64,000 nucleotides of DNA. Origin: an uncultured Acidobacteriota bacterium (GTDB taxonomy: Bacteria; Acidobacteriota; Blastocatellia; RBC074). Numbering within the stretch: the stretch's first letter is position 1; every line of letters begins with the position of its first letter. This document shows, in pieces, positions 41,585-51,817 of this stretch. Where the stretch lies: NCBI GenBank assembly GCA_963796275.1, contig CAWCKY010000002.1, positions 672,001-736,000 of the forward strand. The letters are read 5' to 3'. The position numbers and the translations under genes are program-made. The notes under the pieces are model-generated. The model made no database searches and had not been told where the DNA came from. It saw only the letters and a program-made list of their open reading frames with translations.

Positions 41585-41912
41585 ATGCAACTCGATCTGC
41601 CAGAACCCATCGCCGCCTACTTCACTGCTGACAAGGAGGACGAGCGAGGCCGTTTCTCAGTGCTTTACCGAAACTGCCGTCGTGAAGGACGAGGGGCACA
41701 CCTACCACGGCCGGGCCGCCATCAAGCAATGGAAGGCGGAGGCCTCGGCCAAGTACCAGTACACGAGCGAGCCTTTCGCGTGCGAGCGGAAGGACGGAAA
41801 GATCGTCGTCACCAGCCGGCTCACCGGCAACTTTCCCGGCAGCCCCGTGAATCTTCGGTTCTGCTTCGGACTGGAAGGGGACAAGATCGCGTCGTTGGAA
41901 ATCATCCCGTGA
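41585..41912 (+). pseudogene. SnoaL/NTF2-like protein, frameshifted near 41640
   Basis: MQLDLPEPIAAYFTAD continues in another frame as CFTETAVVKDEGHTYHGRAAIKQW...GNFPGSPVNLRFCF. Confidence 0.8.
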
Positions 41913-41944
41913 GTAACAGTTTCCGGTGAAAGGAGTCAAAGCAG

Positions 41945-42918
41945 ATGTTCGCAGTTTACGCCACGCACGCTGCTCCCGACGATCCACTTTCGGCGCTGAA
42001 GATCGGCGAGCGGCCCGAGCCGGACAGTGCCCGAAGGATGGGTCCGCGTGAAGGTCAGCCATGCCAGCCTGAATCGCCACGACCTTTTCACGCTGCTCGG
42101 GATAAGTGGGCATCCCGAAGGCATCACCTACCCCATCATCCTGGGCAACGACGCCGCCGGCACCCTGGACGACGGCACGCCCGTCGTCATTTACCCGTTG
42201 ATGGGGAGCGACGATTGGCGCGGTGACGAGACGCTCGATCCCGGGTGGCACATCCCCAGCGAATTTATCCACGGCACGTTTGCGGACTACGTCGTCGTGC
42301 CGAGGCGAAACGCGATCCCTTTGCCCGAGAACTTGTCGCCCCTTCACGCCTCGGTCCTCGGCACGGCCTGGCTGACCGCCTACCGCACGCTCTTTACCAA
42401 GTCGGGACTTCAGGCTGGCGAGACAGTGCTGGTCCAAGGTGCGACAGGGGGCATGGCGACTGCGCTCATCCAGCTTGGCCGGGCGGCCGGCTTCGAGGTC
42501 TGGGCGACAAGCCGCTCGGAAGAAGGCCGAGCGCAGGCCATAGCGCTTGGCGCCCATCAGAGCTTTCCTTCCAATGAGCCTCTGCCACGAAAGGTGCCGG
42601 CAATTATTGATAACGTCGGGTCGGACTCTTGGGCACACAGCATGTCGTCGCTTGCCCGCGGCGGTACGCTGGTGACGGTCGGAGGCACAACGGGGCTTGA
42701 AGTGGCGCTGAATCTTCTTCCGGTGATTGCTGACCAACTCACCATCACAGGTTCGATCATGGGCACGCTTAAAGATATGGAGAACATGATACGACCTGAT
42801 TGCCCAGACCGGGATCGCGCCAGAGATCGGTGTCGTTCTGCCGATGGATAGGGCCGAAGAAGGATTCCGTGCGATGTGGCAAGGCAAGACGCGCGGCAAG
42901 ACGGTATTCACCCGCTGA
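41945..42918 (+). pseudogene. Zinc-binding alcohol dehydrogenase / quinone oxidoreductase family, frameshifts near 42025 and 42795
   Basis: IGERPEP | VPEGWVRVKVSHASLNRHD, VLVQGATGGMA Rossmann motif, C-terminus ..MWQGKTRGKTVFTR* in another frame. Confidence 0.85.
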
Positions 42919-43140
42919 AACGCCGAACTTCAGATTGATGTGAAACGCAGCCGGACAGTTCATGGAACGATGAGGTGCTGATAAGGGTGCCGCGATTTCC
43001 AAGATAGCAGGCTATTGAAGCTGGGAAGGAATCAGAAGTGGTGGCATGAACGAAGGGAGCAGAGGGATGTTCCAGACAGAGGCAAGGAATGATCTGGCGG
43101 GAGCGATGATGAAAACCTGGAACAATGGAACAAAGGGCCG

Positions 43141-43260
43141 CTCACGCAATTCGAATGGCTGGAATCACACGGCAAGATTGATCATTTGCTGGCGGGTCTG
43201 CCCCCGCTCAAGCTGAAGCACTTCGCCGCCGAAGCCTGGGCGCTCGATGCCGTGCCGGAC
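43141..43260 (+). pseudogene. Tn3-family transposase fragment
   Basis: LTQFEWLESHGKIDHLLAGLPPLKLKHFAAEAWALDA resembles the 'IPPAKIKHFAAEARALDA' segment of Tn3 TnpA. Confidence 0.55.
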
Positions 43261-43300
43261 TGGATAGCTTCACCTGCGATCCGTTCGACTTGGCCTCCCA

Positions 43301-44740
43301 CTAGAATTTATAAGTCACCCATGCCGCCGCATATTCTACTGATCGCCTCGGCAGCGTCGCCTTAACCAGGAATGGGCCCGCGAAGAAATGGTTATATGCG
43401 GCAGACACTGAAAGATGACGATTGATCCGCCAATAGACGCCCACCGATGGCTGAGTGCCCACGTAGCGTTCGAGGTTCCCTTGCCCGGAGACTAATAAGT
43501 TACTGGCCAATCCATAAACGCCGTCGCGCAGGCTTGTCCGCCAGAAGACATCGTTATCAACGATGACCCCAACCGATTTCGTAACCTGCAACCCCACGCG
43601 CGAACCGAACTGGATAAGATTAGTAGGCCCATTCAGATTTATCGCTCCCTGGCCATAGTAGAGACTGGTCGGGAACAGCGGACTGAAAGTCCCCAACGGC
43701 GACTTTGGATCACCACCATCACCGCTCGTGACAGAGATCGTCGTTCCGATTCGAGGCTGAAAACGCGCGGATCGAAAAGTGTATCCCGTGGTGTGGGCAG
43801 TGCCCCAGGCGAGTAGCCCGCGATCGCCGAAGGCCCCAAATTGAAGCGCCGCCTCACTGTTATAATCCCATCCTCCCCGTCTGCCCCAGAAACGCGTTCC
43901 TACCGTATGGCGCAACTCGCGGCCCACGCCTTTGTCAAATATTGCCTGCTTTCGGTCCAAGCCAAGATAATAAAGGTCGACGTTCCCTCCCTCGGTCTTG
44001 GGCAACGACCGAACGGCGTATATCCCCCAGAAGGTCGTGCCAGGCTCGGGCGGCGCGTCGAAAAAACCGGTTCCATTCCGCACGGGCTTCGTGGCGATCC
44101 CGGTCACGTCCCACGGAGCCTTTTTCCACCTGAGAGCGATTCCATCGAATGACCGGTGAACATTGGGCCCTTCTCTGAAGTCCACAAACCGGCCCGATCC
44201 GAAGCGGAACTGTTGCCGCCCAAGCCGGACGACGAGCGGGGGGTCTTTCCCCTCGGCGCCTTCCACCAATGCCCAATCCGCGAACGCCTGCTCGAACCAA
44301 AGCTTGGACTCATCAATGACAGGCCGCGGGCCGCCGTTTCTCCCTGCTTCGATATCGCTCGTGAGTTGCGCAAAGAACCGAATGCGACTGTTCACATGAA
44401 AATCGCCAAAAGCTGAGAGCCGCTGTAAGAGATATCCATTGTCATCCTGGGGACCCACGCCCCAATTGGCATTGCGGAATCCTTCATACCACTCCCGCGC
44501 TTCACCGCCGATTGTCAGAAAGCTGTCGCCGCTCGATCCGAGTCGCACATATTTCAGAGAGTCCCAGCGATCCCGTTTGCAGGCGCCGTCGCGAAGGTAG
44601 ATGTAATCTTCGTCTTGCCGGAGTGGCTTATAGTCCGGTGGATTGGGGCATGTCGGCTGGGCTTGCAAACTCATCCGGCCCGGTCCCCCTAGAAACATGG
44701 AAAGCCAAAGCGCCGTTGTAACCAGTCGCCTTGCAGTCAT
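43301..44740 (-). CDS. Alginate export (AlgE-like) outer-membrane beta-barrel
   Basis: PLRQDEDY, GRQQFRFGSGR, REGPNVHRSFDG, terminal YKF aromatic motif. Confidence 0.85.
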   Translation of the reverse strand: MTARRLVTTALWLSMFLGGPGRMSLQAQPTCPNPPDYKPLRQDEDYIYLRDGACKRDRWDSLKYVRLGSSGDSFLTIGGEAREWYEGFRNANWGVGPQDDNGYLLQRLSAFGDFHVNSRIRFFAQLTSDIEAGRNGGPRPVIDESKLWFEQAFADWALVEGAEGKDPPLVVRLGRQQFRFGSGRFVDFREGPNVHRSFDGIALRWKKAPWDVTGIATKPVRNGTGFFDAPPEPGTTFWGIYAVRSLPKTEGGNVDLYYLGLDRKQAIFDKGVGRELRHTVGTRFWGRRGGWDYNSEAALQFGAFGDRGLLAWGTAHTTGYTFRSARFQPRIGTTISVTSGDGGDPKSPLGTFSPLFPTSLYYGQGAINLNGPTNLIQFGSRVGLQVTKSVGVIVDNDVFWRTSLRDGVYGLASNLLVSGQGNLERYVGTQPSVGVYWRINRHLSVSAAYNHFFAGPFLVKATLPRRSVEYAAAWVTYKF

Positions 44741-44751
44741 CTCATGCACTA

Positions 44752-46134
44752 CTACTCGACAACGGTAAGCTTGTCGGGCGCCCATCCCCCGTGGAAGGTG
44801 AACGGCACGCGAACAGGCAGGTGGATTGTCGCGATTGGATCCCCGGTGAAGTCCTGGGCATCGAGGATGACGATGTCGCTGAGATCACGTTCCGGATCGT
44901 AGACAGAAGAAATTATCCAGCCTTCGTCTTCGGCGACGGCTCCCGGCTTCCGCACGAAGACCGGCTCCGTTGTCATATGGCCCCGCCCATAATCGTGAAC
45001 CTCGGTCGTCTGGCGTTGCACGTCGTGTTTCATTGCCGGACCGAAAGTCACATCGTCGCCCCAGTGCGCAGTGTAGATATAGCGATGCGCTTGCCCGCCG
45101 TGGCGACCATTGATCCGCGGAAATTCGTTTCCACGGTCGTCCAGCGCCGTCTCCGTCAGTTTTCCGGTCGGGCGATGGAGCGTCCACCGGACAAGGACGG
45201 GCGCGCCTTCGTTGGGACCGTTCTGATCGGTGAAAAACATTCGCCGATGCTTAGGCAGGTCGATGATGGTGAGATCGCCGTCGTCGTAGGCGTTAGCGAA
45301 GTGAAAAGCGAAGCAGCGCGGCGCTTCGAACCACTGGATGCTAGACACATCGCCGTTGCGCGGCAGCAGGCCGATGCGTGAGTCCCGGCGCTCGTCCCAG
45401 AGCCACGGGAAGTCCGTGTGAGCAAGTTCCGGCTGAAACGTCACCGGAAAGTCGGGGACGATGATGAAGGACTGCGTGAACGCCATGTCGTGGATCATCG
45501 GAATGTGCGGCAGGTCGATCCGCGCCTTGGTCGTGGCGCGCCCGTCGCGGTCGACCGAGATGTAGCGGACTGGCTGGAACGGTTCATAGGCCAGGGCGTG
45601 GTATTCGCCCGTAATCGGATCGAGATGCGCGTGACCCGTGAACCCAGCTTCGAGCGTGCCGTCGAAATCGGTCCGGCGGACGTTCGTCAACTCGTAGTCA
45701 AGCTCGACCGGAAGGGGTCCCGCTTCGACGATGGCGCACAACTTCCCACCGACGTTTATGAGGTTCGTATTGACGTTGGCGTCGCGGACGCCTTCGCCCG
45801 GCCCAGGGAGCGGTTTGCGGTTCAAGACTCTGGCGGCGTTCCGATCGAGAATGAAGCGGCTGCGGAACCATTCCGCCTTGCCCTCATGCAACCGCAAGCC
45901 GTGCGCCATGCCCGTGCCCGCGAACCAGTGATAGCGCATCAGGCGCCCCCGATCCAGATCTTCGACCGGATTTGGACCGATTCGAAGAAAGCGGCCGGTC
46001 AGTTCCTCCGGAACTCGGCCGATCACCTCTAAATCGAAGGCCGTGACCTCGTTCTTGAGAGGTGCAAAGTTCCCGGCGACATACGGCGCGCCGGTACTGT
46101 TCGCCGAAGGGATTTTTTCCGTTGTCGGGTTCAT
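44752..46134 (-). CDS. Carotenoid cleavage oxygenase / lignostilbene dioxygenase family
   Basis: GNFAP, GRFLRIGPNP, HWFAGTGMAH, MIHDMA, FHFANAY, EFPRIN, EPVFV, VPFTFHGGW; the four Fe-binding His are present. Confidence 0.92.
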   Translation of the reverse strand: MNPTTEKIPSANSTGAPYVAGNFAPLKNEVTAFDLEVIGRVPEELTGRFLRIGPNPVEDLDRGRLMRYHWFAGTGMAHGLRLHEGKAEWFRSRFILDRNAARVLNRKPLPGPGEGVRDANVNTNLINVGGKLCAIVEAGPLPVELDYELTNVRRTDFDGTLEAGFTGHAHLDPITGEYHALAYEPFQPVRYISVDRDGRATTKARIDLPHIPMIHDMAFTQSFIIVPDFPVTFQPELAHTDFPWLWDERRDSRIGLLPRNGDVSSIQWFEAPRCFAFHFANAYDDGDLTIIDLPKHRRMFFTDQNGPNEGAPVLVRWTLHRPTGKLTETALDDRGNEFPRINGRHGGQAHRYIYTAHWGDDVTFGPAMKHDVQRQTTEVHDYGRGHMTTEPVFVRKPGAVAEDEGWIISSVYDPERDLSDIVILDAQDFTGDPIATIHLPVRVPFTFHGGWAPDKLTVVE

Positions 46135-46226
46135 GATCATCTCCTTTGTGTTATAGGTAGACCTTGCGATCTCCCTGTTGTCGGAAGTGGGGGGCGCCAT
46201 GCTTAGAGCGTGCCGACCGTCTCTCT

Positions 46227-46275
46227 CATGACCGGGCGAAAGCCAGCAGGTCGGCCTTGAGTTGATCCTTTTGAG
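46227..46275 (-). pseudogene. C-terminal remnant of an alpha/beta hydrolase (non-heme haloperoxidase-like)
   Basis: Minus strand reads KDQLKADLLAFARS*, matching the typical 'KDQLNADLLAF' terminus; the rest of the gene is missing. Confidence 0.45.
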
Positions 46276-46530
46276 CGTTGTAGCTGACTGCTGCAGTACT
46301 CGCCCACGGGTTTCCTACGCATTGGTTGCCGCCTTTCATTGGCCTCGCGACGCTCGCACTATGCAGGATCGCCGCAAGAGATACATCACGAGATCAAGTA
46401 GTTTGTGCTACCACATTTTAGCGGTCTATGAAATATCTCTAATGTAGTATACTGGAGGATGTTAGCAGGGAGCAAACCTGGGGTCTCGCTGGCTTATCGT
46501 CATAACGATCGCTATCGGTCGACCGGCGAA

Positions 46531-46881
46531 TCAAGGCAGAATCAGCATGACGTGGCGCATAATTCTTTGTAGCTGGGGCTCTTTTGCTCCGAGTCTGACG
46601 GCCATGGCTCCAAGAGCGCCGATTCGTTCTTTGTCAATGAATTCGATTTCAAGCCTCGCCAATTCACCGTTCACCTCATGCATAATCCAGATCAGCCCCG
46701 AGTTGTTGCCGAATAGTTCCAGGTCTTGCTCCATCTGGGCGATACATGACGCGATCATCCCCATCTCTGGTTCCCCTTTCAGATAGACCGATTTCGGATC
46801 GTTGCCGAAAAAGGCTATGTCTTCCTCCATCTGGCGAGTCAACATAGCCCCCAATTCAACGCGTTCCTGTTGAGATATCAT
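46531..46881 (-). CDS. Hypothetical protein
   Basis: 116 aa with a strong AAAGGAG RBS; internal similarity MEEDIAFFGND / MEQDLELFGNN. Confidence 0.6.
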   Translation of the reverse strand: MISQQERVELGAMLTRQMEEDIAFFGNDPKSVYLKGEPEMGMIASCIAQMEQDLELFGNNSGLIWIMHEVNGELARLEIEFIDKERIGALGAMAVRLGAKEPQLQRIMRHVMLILP

Positions 46882-47014
46882 GTTCTCTCGATCTCCTTTC
46901 GTGGAGTTTTAGGCGGGCCAACTGCGTTGGGCCAGTTATCGCGTTGTTACGGCCCGCCTAAATCTTGGACCTGCGATGAACGGGGAGTTGGAAAACAGAA
47001 GAGGCACTATCAAG

Positions 47015-47470
47015 CTAGGAAAGCGGGAGGGCTTCGGTGTAACTGATGGTATGGAAGGACTGATCGGGAGAGAAAAAGACCACGACCGGTTTGCTTCGGT
47101 GCGCTAAATTGCGGATGTTGTTCAAGGTTCCCCGGCTCTTCCCGTCCCAGAGCATCAGGCCATAATCCGCCTCTTCAGCCATCGCAGCATCTTTTACCGA
47201 ATAGAACTCGACCCCTCTCAGGCCGGGGCTCGCCGGCACAGGCATGGGTTGCCATCCACCGAGATTGTTTCGGCAGCGTGTGCCGGTATGAAAGACGAGG
47301 ACCCGCCGATACCGCTTCTCAGACAGATAGCGCTGGACGCACCTGTCGGCTCCATCTGCGTCACCGATCAACACGGTGAGATCGCCTTCAATGATCCTGT
47401 CGATCCTGGCGGCTACCGACGACGGTAGTTTTGCGATCGATCTCGATCCACCGATAAATACCTTGCTCAT
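47015..47470 (-). CDS. SLOG-superfamily (DprA/YspA-like Rossmann) protein
   Basis: KVFIGGSR, IGDADGAD, KDAAMAEEADYGLMLWDGKSRGT motifs; GAGGAGG RBS. Confidence 0.7.
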   Translation of the reverse strand: MSKVFIGGSRSIAKLPSSVAARIDRIIEGDLTVLIGDADGADRCVQRYLSEKRYRRVLVFHTGTRCRNNLGGWQPMPVPASPGLRGVEFYSVKDAAMAEEADYGLMLWDGKSRGTLNNIRNLAHRSKPVVVFFSPDQSFHTISYTEALPLS

Positions 47471-47833
47471 TAAGCGATCCTCCTCATCAATATTTGCCTA
47501 TATCCGCAGCGCCCGTCATTGTTTGATTGGGAAGAGGTGTCTGGCAGAGATGCAGACCTGGAATTCCCGCTTAAGACAGTAGTCATCATCTCTACCCACT
47601 TTTTCAGGCAGCCCAAATCTTGGACCCGAAGAGGGCGAGTGATTGAGAACAGGCAGCGGGGAAGATAGAAGCGGTGAGATGAGATTAGTGCGAAGAATGC
47701 CGGTGAGATGCGTATGACGAGATGGGCGAGATCGACGGGGGACTGTTGGGCTATGGCTAAAATTGTGTGAGAGGAGACCTCGTAGTAAGTGGCCTCCCCT
47801 CGCTATGCAAACGGTCGAATATCCATTCCAAGC

Positions 47834-48502
47834 TTAAAACGCCAGATCATCGTCCGCCAGTGTGTGAATGATCTCTTCGTCCGGCACACTGAGCAAATCT
47901 TCGAGGCCCGACTCGGCAGGCTTTTTCCTCGACCTGCGAGTTGAAGGCGGATTCCTGTTTGCCCTAGCTGCTTTTTCGGTCCCTGTCGCCACTTCGGCTG
48001 GGACGTTATTTTGTATCTCGGCTTCACCCTGGTGTGAAGAGCGATTGCGGTCGTCGCCGCTGTTACCAAAAGACTGGAGATCGGCCGCTATTTCGGTCCC
48101 TGCCGCCATTTTAGCCAGGCCGTTATCCTGTACATCGGCTTCAACGTAGCGTGAAGAAACATTATGGTTGTTGCCGTTATTGCCCACAAACTGGAGATCG
48201 GTGGCTGTGACCTCGGGGCTATACCGTGTGCGGCCTTCACGATCGGTATACTCTTCGAGGCGGAACCTTCCCTCGAGATAGATCTGGCGGCCTTTGGCCA
48301 GATACTCATTCGCCAGCTCGCCCTGCCGCCCCCAAATCGTTACGCGAAACCATGTAGTATGCTCTTCGCGTTGTCCGGCCGCGTTCTTGCGCCTCTCCGT
48401 GGTCGCAACCGACAACTTGCAAACCGCAGTTCCCTGCGGCGTGTACCTGAGCTCTGGATCCCTTCCAAGGTATCCGATGATGGTGATCTTGTTAAAAGAC
48501 AT
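47834..48502 (-). CDS. ssb: Single-stranded DNA-binding protein
   Basis: MSFNKITIIGYLGRDPELRYTPQG, TTWFRVTIWG, YLAKGRQIYLEGR; acidic tail DDDLAF. Confidence 0.93.
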   Translation of the reverse strand: MSFNKITIIGYLGRDPELRYTPQGTAVCKLSVATTERRKNAAGQREEHTTWFRVTIWGRQGELANEYLAKGRQIYLEGRFRLEEYTDREGRTRYSPEVTATDLQFVGNNGNNHNVSSRYVEADVQDNGLAKMAAGTEIAADLQSFGNSGDDRNRSSHQGEAEIQNNVPAEVATGTEKAARANRNPPSTRRSRKKPAESGLEDLLSVPDEEIIHTLADDDLAF

Positions 48503-48573
48503 GGTTGTCTCCTTTGATTGAAATTGAAATTGAAGGAATGTACAGAGCGCAGTGCTCCGTACTGTCACGATAT

Positions 48574-49167
48574 CTACTGTCCGCCCCAACCTTTGAATCT
48601 CTTCACTCGTCGGACAAAGAGTTTTCGGAACTCCCGGAAGATGAAATGGATACCGCCAGCACTGACAGAGATTGGTCGTGCTTCCGCCGGGATCGTTTCT
48701 TCCTCGGATGTATCGACCTCCTCCGCCCACTTTTCGATGCGTTGGAGGACCACCATTTTTCTCTCTTCTCCCGTCCGACTGTTGCGATAGGATTCTCTCT
48801 CCGCTTTCGGCCAATACTCGAGATAGAAGAGATATCGACAAGCTGCCCTGGCCTTCTTCACGCCTTTGGCCCCATCGATCAGCAATGCCGATGCGATGGT
48901 AAACGCATCGTCCACTTCAGCACCCGACAGCCCGTAGGTATTGATCGCACGCGCCATATCCTTTGGAGTAGCCAGAAAGCAAATCCATCCGCCTGGGCAG
49001 GCGAATGCGTCGTTATTCCAAAATAGAGGAAGGCTTCGGATTTCTCCGACCCAGGTAGCTGCGACTGGGGCCTGCGCATATGCCCAGGACCACATATCGA
49101 CACGGCCGGTGGCGTTAATGATCTCCGCTACGCGACTGAGTAAACCGCGGTTCACTTTGAGCGGCAT
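48574..49167 (-). CDS. Hypothetical protein
   Basis: GGAGG RBS before MPLKVNRG; FACPGGWICFL segment; co-directional with ssb. Confidence 0.55.
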   Translation of the reverse strand: MPLKVNRGLLSRVAEIINATGRVDMWSWAYAQAPVAATWVGEIRSLPLFWNNDAFACPGGWICFLATPKDMARAINTYGLSGAEVDDAFTIASALLIDGAKGVKKARAACRYLFYLEYWPKAERESYRNSRTGEERKMVVLQRIEKWAEEVDTSEEETIPAEARPISVSAGGIHFIFREFRKLFVRRVKRFKGWGGQ

Positions 49168-49360
49168 AGATATCCTCCCGAGCGGTTGAACTGAAATCGG
49201 AGTTGCGCGTTGGGGCTTCCCATCCGCCGTCACGTTCCCGCTTACAGCATTAATCTTCGATCCACGACCGGGAGAGTGCCGGCGCCGGACGCGCCGAGGC
49301 GGGAACGGGTCGCAATCACGAAGGCAAGCCACCATGAACGCGACCCGGCGCAATCGAGTA

Positions 49361-51334
49361 TTATCTCGGGTTGCGTGGATTTGACGGGAACTTCCTCGGC
49401 AACCTCGAAGCGCGATGGTAGATGGCGGACAAAGTGAACAGGGCGAGCAGATTCGTGAGCGCTTCGGACTTTGTGATAAGGTGGTTCGTCATAACGAGTG
49501 CGGCCCCTTTCTCCGCAAAGAACTGCTTGCGCTCCTTGAGTGCATCCCACAAACGCGATTGCTCCTGCGTCGAGAGGCTATGGATCTGATGACCCGGCTC
49601 GTTATCACCATAGAATGCCCAGGAAAGAGATCTCAGATCGCGGAGGGACGCGGTCCGGATCTGCTGCATGAGCCTATAGGCTTCCGGCGAAAGCCTCGCA
49701 TTCATCAGCCTCCCACGCTTGAGCTCCGAGACCGTGTTTAGCAGCGTGAAGTATTTGAGAGGCAGTTCACCTGACTCTTTGGCAGCGTATGCCGCCTGCA
49801 TTACTCCTCCGACGACCTTCGTATCTTCTGCTTTTTGGACGGCCGTGTAGAAACGGCGATAAGTGCGATTGTGACGCATCGCCATCAGATGAACGTCCTG
49901 ATAACAGTCGTCGAGCATCGCTTTGAGTACCTGGCGGGTAAGGATTTGAAGCTCGATGTTGGCCTTAGAGGTGAACCTTGGCCGGCGTTCGATCGCCTCC
50001 AGATCAACGCGGCCGGTCGTCCGATTGGACGGGAAGTAGTCTTTAGGCAGGCTGGATTCGACGCTGACCGGGAAGATGGTCTTGAGCTCGGCATCGATCT
50101 CTTCCCACATTTCATTGAGGTCCAAGCCGCCGGCATAAGCGCGGCGCAGGTAACCGGCGAGGTGGCGCGCCTCTTCGGGGAGGTCGTCGGCTGCGAACTC
50201 GGGATCCAGGCTGCCGCAGGCGATGGTGCGGTCGTAACTCGACATTGTAATGTCTGACCCACTTTCATCATACTGAGCCGTTGCTTCGAAGCGGTTAAAG
50301 GCAGCACACAACTCTTTGATTGTCGCGCCGTTCGATTTGAGCTCGTTCAACGATTCAACAAATTCAGCGGTTATCGTGATGGGCGCCGCCGAAGAAGCAT
50401 CATAAGCAAAGCCCGCAACCTTACGGCAGCCGCGGAGTCTCCTCTTAACCGACGCCAATTCCTCGTCAAAAAGTGAGCGCCTCATTTTTGGATCAGGGCC
50501 GTGATTCGAAATGAGGACGGACCCCGAGTTTGAATGATCGCCGTCAACCGGCTCCTCGCCGGCCGCTTTCACCTTGACTTCGGAATTGAGTCTGGCGAGT
50601 CGCGTCGCAAGCAGCATCATTTCCTTGAGCACTACGCCTTCGCCGCGATACTCCATTTCGTTGTAGTAAAAAGCGGCAGACCTTTGAATATCGCGACCAC
50701 TGCAATCTCTCCCACAAATCGTTTCCAAACACAGAATAAATGCGATAGCGTCATCGTCGTTACCAAGTCTCTTCCTCGCATAGGACAGTGTCGCGAACTC
50801 CACGTCTTCGCTCTGAAGGCCGACCTCCATTATGTGGTCTTCGATTTCGGTCTCCGTCTCTTCGACTACTGGGTTGAGACTGGCGAGTTGCATCGATAGT
50901 AACGCCATCTCCTTGAGCACTTCCCTGATGCCGCGGCGCGCGATTTCCCTGTACCAATAAGAGGCAACCATTTTCCGACCGAAAGAGTCACAGTCTTCCC
51001 CGCAGATCGTGTCCAAACACACGATGAACTCGACGGCATCTTCAACGGCGCCCAATCTCTTGATCCCATAGGCCAGTGTCCCCAGGCGGGCTTCTTCATC
51101 CTGCTGGCTGACTGGTGTTGAATCGCCATCAATCTTGTAAAGGACCTTGCCTATGACCGAGAAAAATTCAAAATCGAGGCGATTTAAGCCGAGGCCTCCG
51201 TCTCGATCCTTCGGCTTATCAGACAGGAGGCGGCCAGAGATGTGGTGAATCAGGTCGTGCGTGGGCGAGCCGGTGCTGGAATACGTGAATAGCGCGCGGT
51301 TTGAACGGGCGGCGTTCTCAAATCCAGTTAACAT
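49361..51334 (-). CDS. Hypothetical 657-aa protein with an internal duplication
   Basis: AAAGGAG RBS; two copies of KRLG..DA..FI.CL.TICG.DC...A..Y.E...RG...VLKEM. Confidence 0.75.
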   Translation of the reverse strand: MLTGFENAARSNRALFTYSSTGSPTHDLIHHISGRLLSDKPKDRDGGLGLNRLDFEFFSVIGKVLYKIDGDSTPVSQQDEEARLGTLAYGIKRLGAVEDAVEFIVCLDTICGEDCDSFGRKMVASYWYREIARRGIREVLKEMALLSMQLASLNPVVEETETEIEDHIMEVGLQSEDVEFATLSYARKRLGNDDDAIAFILCLETICGRDCSGRDIQRSAAFYYNEMEYRGEGVVLKEMMLLATRLARLNSEVKVKAAGEEPVDGDHSNSGSVLISNHGPDPKMRRSLFDEELASVKRRLRGCRKVAGFAYDASSAAPITITAEFVESLNELKSNGATIKELCAAFNRFEATAQYDESGSDITMSSYDRTIACGSLDPEFAADDLPEEARHLAGYLRRAYAGGLDLNEMWEEIDAELKTIFPVSVESSLPKDYFPSNRTTGRVDLEAIERRPRFTSKANIELQILTRQVLKAMLDDCYQDVHLMAMRHNRTYRRFYTAVQKAEDTKVVGGVMQAAYAAKESGELPLKYFTLLNTVSELKRGRLMNARLSPEAYRLMQQIRTASLRDLRSLSWAFYGDNEPGHQIHSLSTQEQSRLWDALKERKQFFAEKGAALVMTNHLITKSEALTNLLALFTLSAIYHRASRLPRKFPSNPRNPR

Positions 51335-51817
51335 GTGTTATTCTCCTTTTGTAGTTTTTGTATTTCGAATATGAGCGCGGCAAGGTGGCCTACCTACGCG
51401 CTCATTTTTCTTTACCGCCAGCTCAAACCTCTGACCGGCAACAAGAACTGACGCAGGAAAGCTGGGAAGATGCGGAAGGGAGTTCGTTGTTCTTTCAGGC
51501 GATTAGGAAAGCCCTGAAATCACGGATTGCGGGAAAGATCGTGGATAAGGCTCTGCAAGCAATTCGAAAAATGGATCGAGGAGAGGATGGCGAGATGATC
51601 CGCCCCGGCGGCAATAGAAACCAGACAACGTGCTTGATTTCATCTTGAACAGCGCTCTCACCGGGCGGCTGTTTTCTTTTCGAAGGATCATGGCGCCGGC
51701 GCAAAGATCGAATAGAATGCCGCTGACCTACTATCTCCTGTGATTTCGGGCCGCGGGCGCGGGCGTAAAATCGATCATTCCCGGAGGCACCCGCACCGGT
51801 CCGGATGTGGACACAGG

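Noticed and set aside
41622-42911. 429-aa minus-strand ORF
   Set aside because: Antisense shadow of the SnoaL-like and dehydrogenase genes, which have clear family motifs on the plus strand.
40729-46500. GGGG-starting sequences at about 40729 and 46480 as Tn3 terminal inverted repeats
   Set aside because: They are not inverted copies of each other and lack the rest of the 38-bp Tn3 consensus.
47834-48841. 335-aa N-terminally extended SSB
   Set aside because: SSB homology starts at MSFNK (48502) with an AAGGAG RBS; the upstream open frame overlaps another gene.
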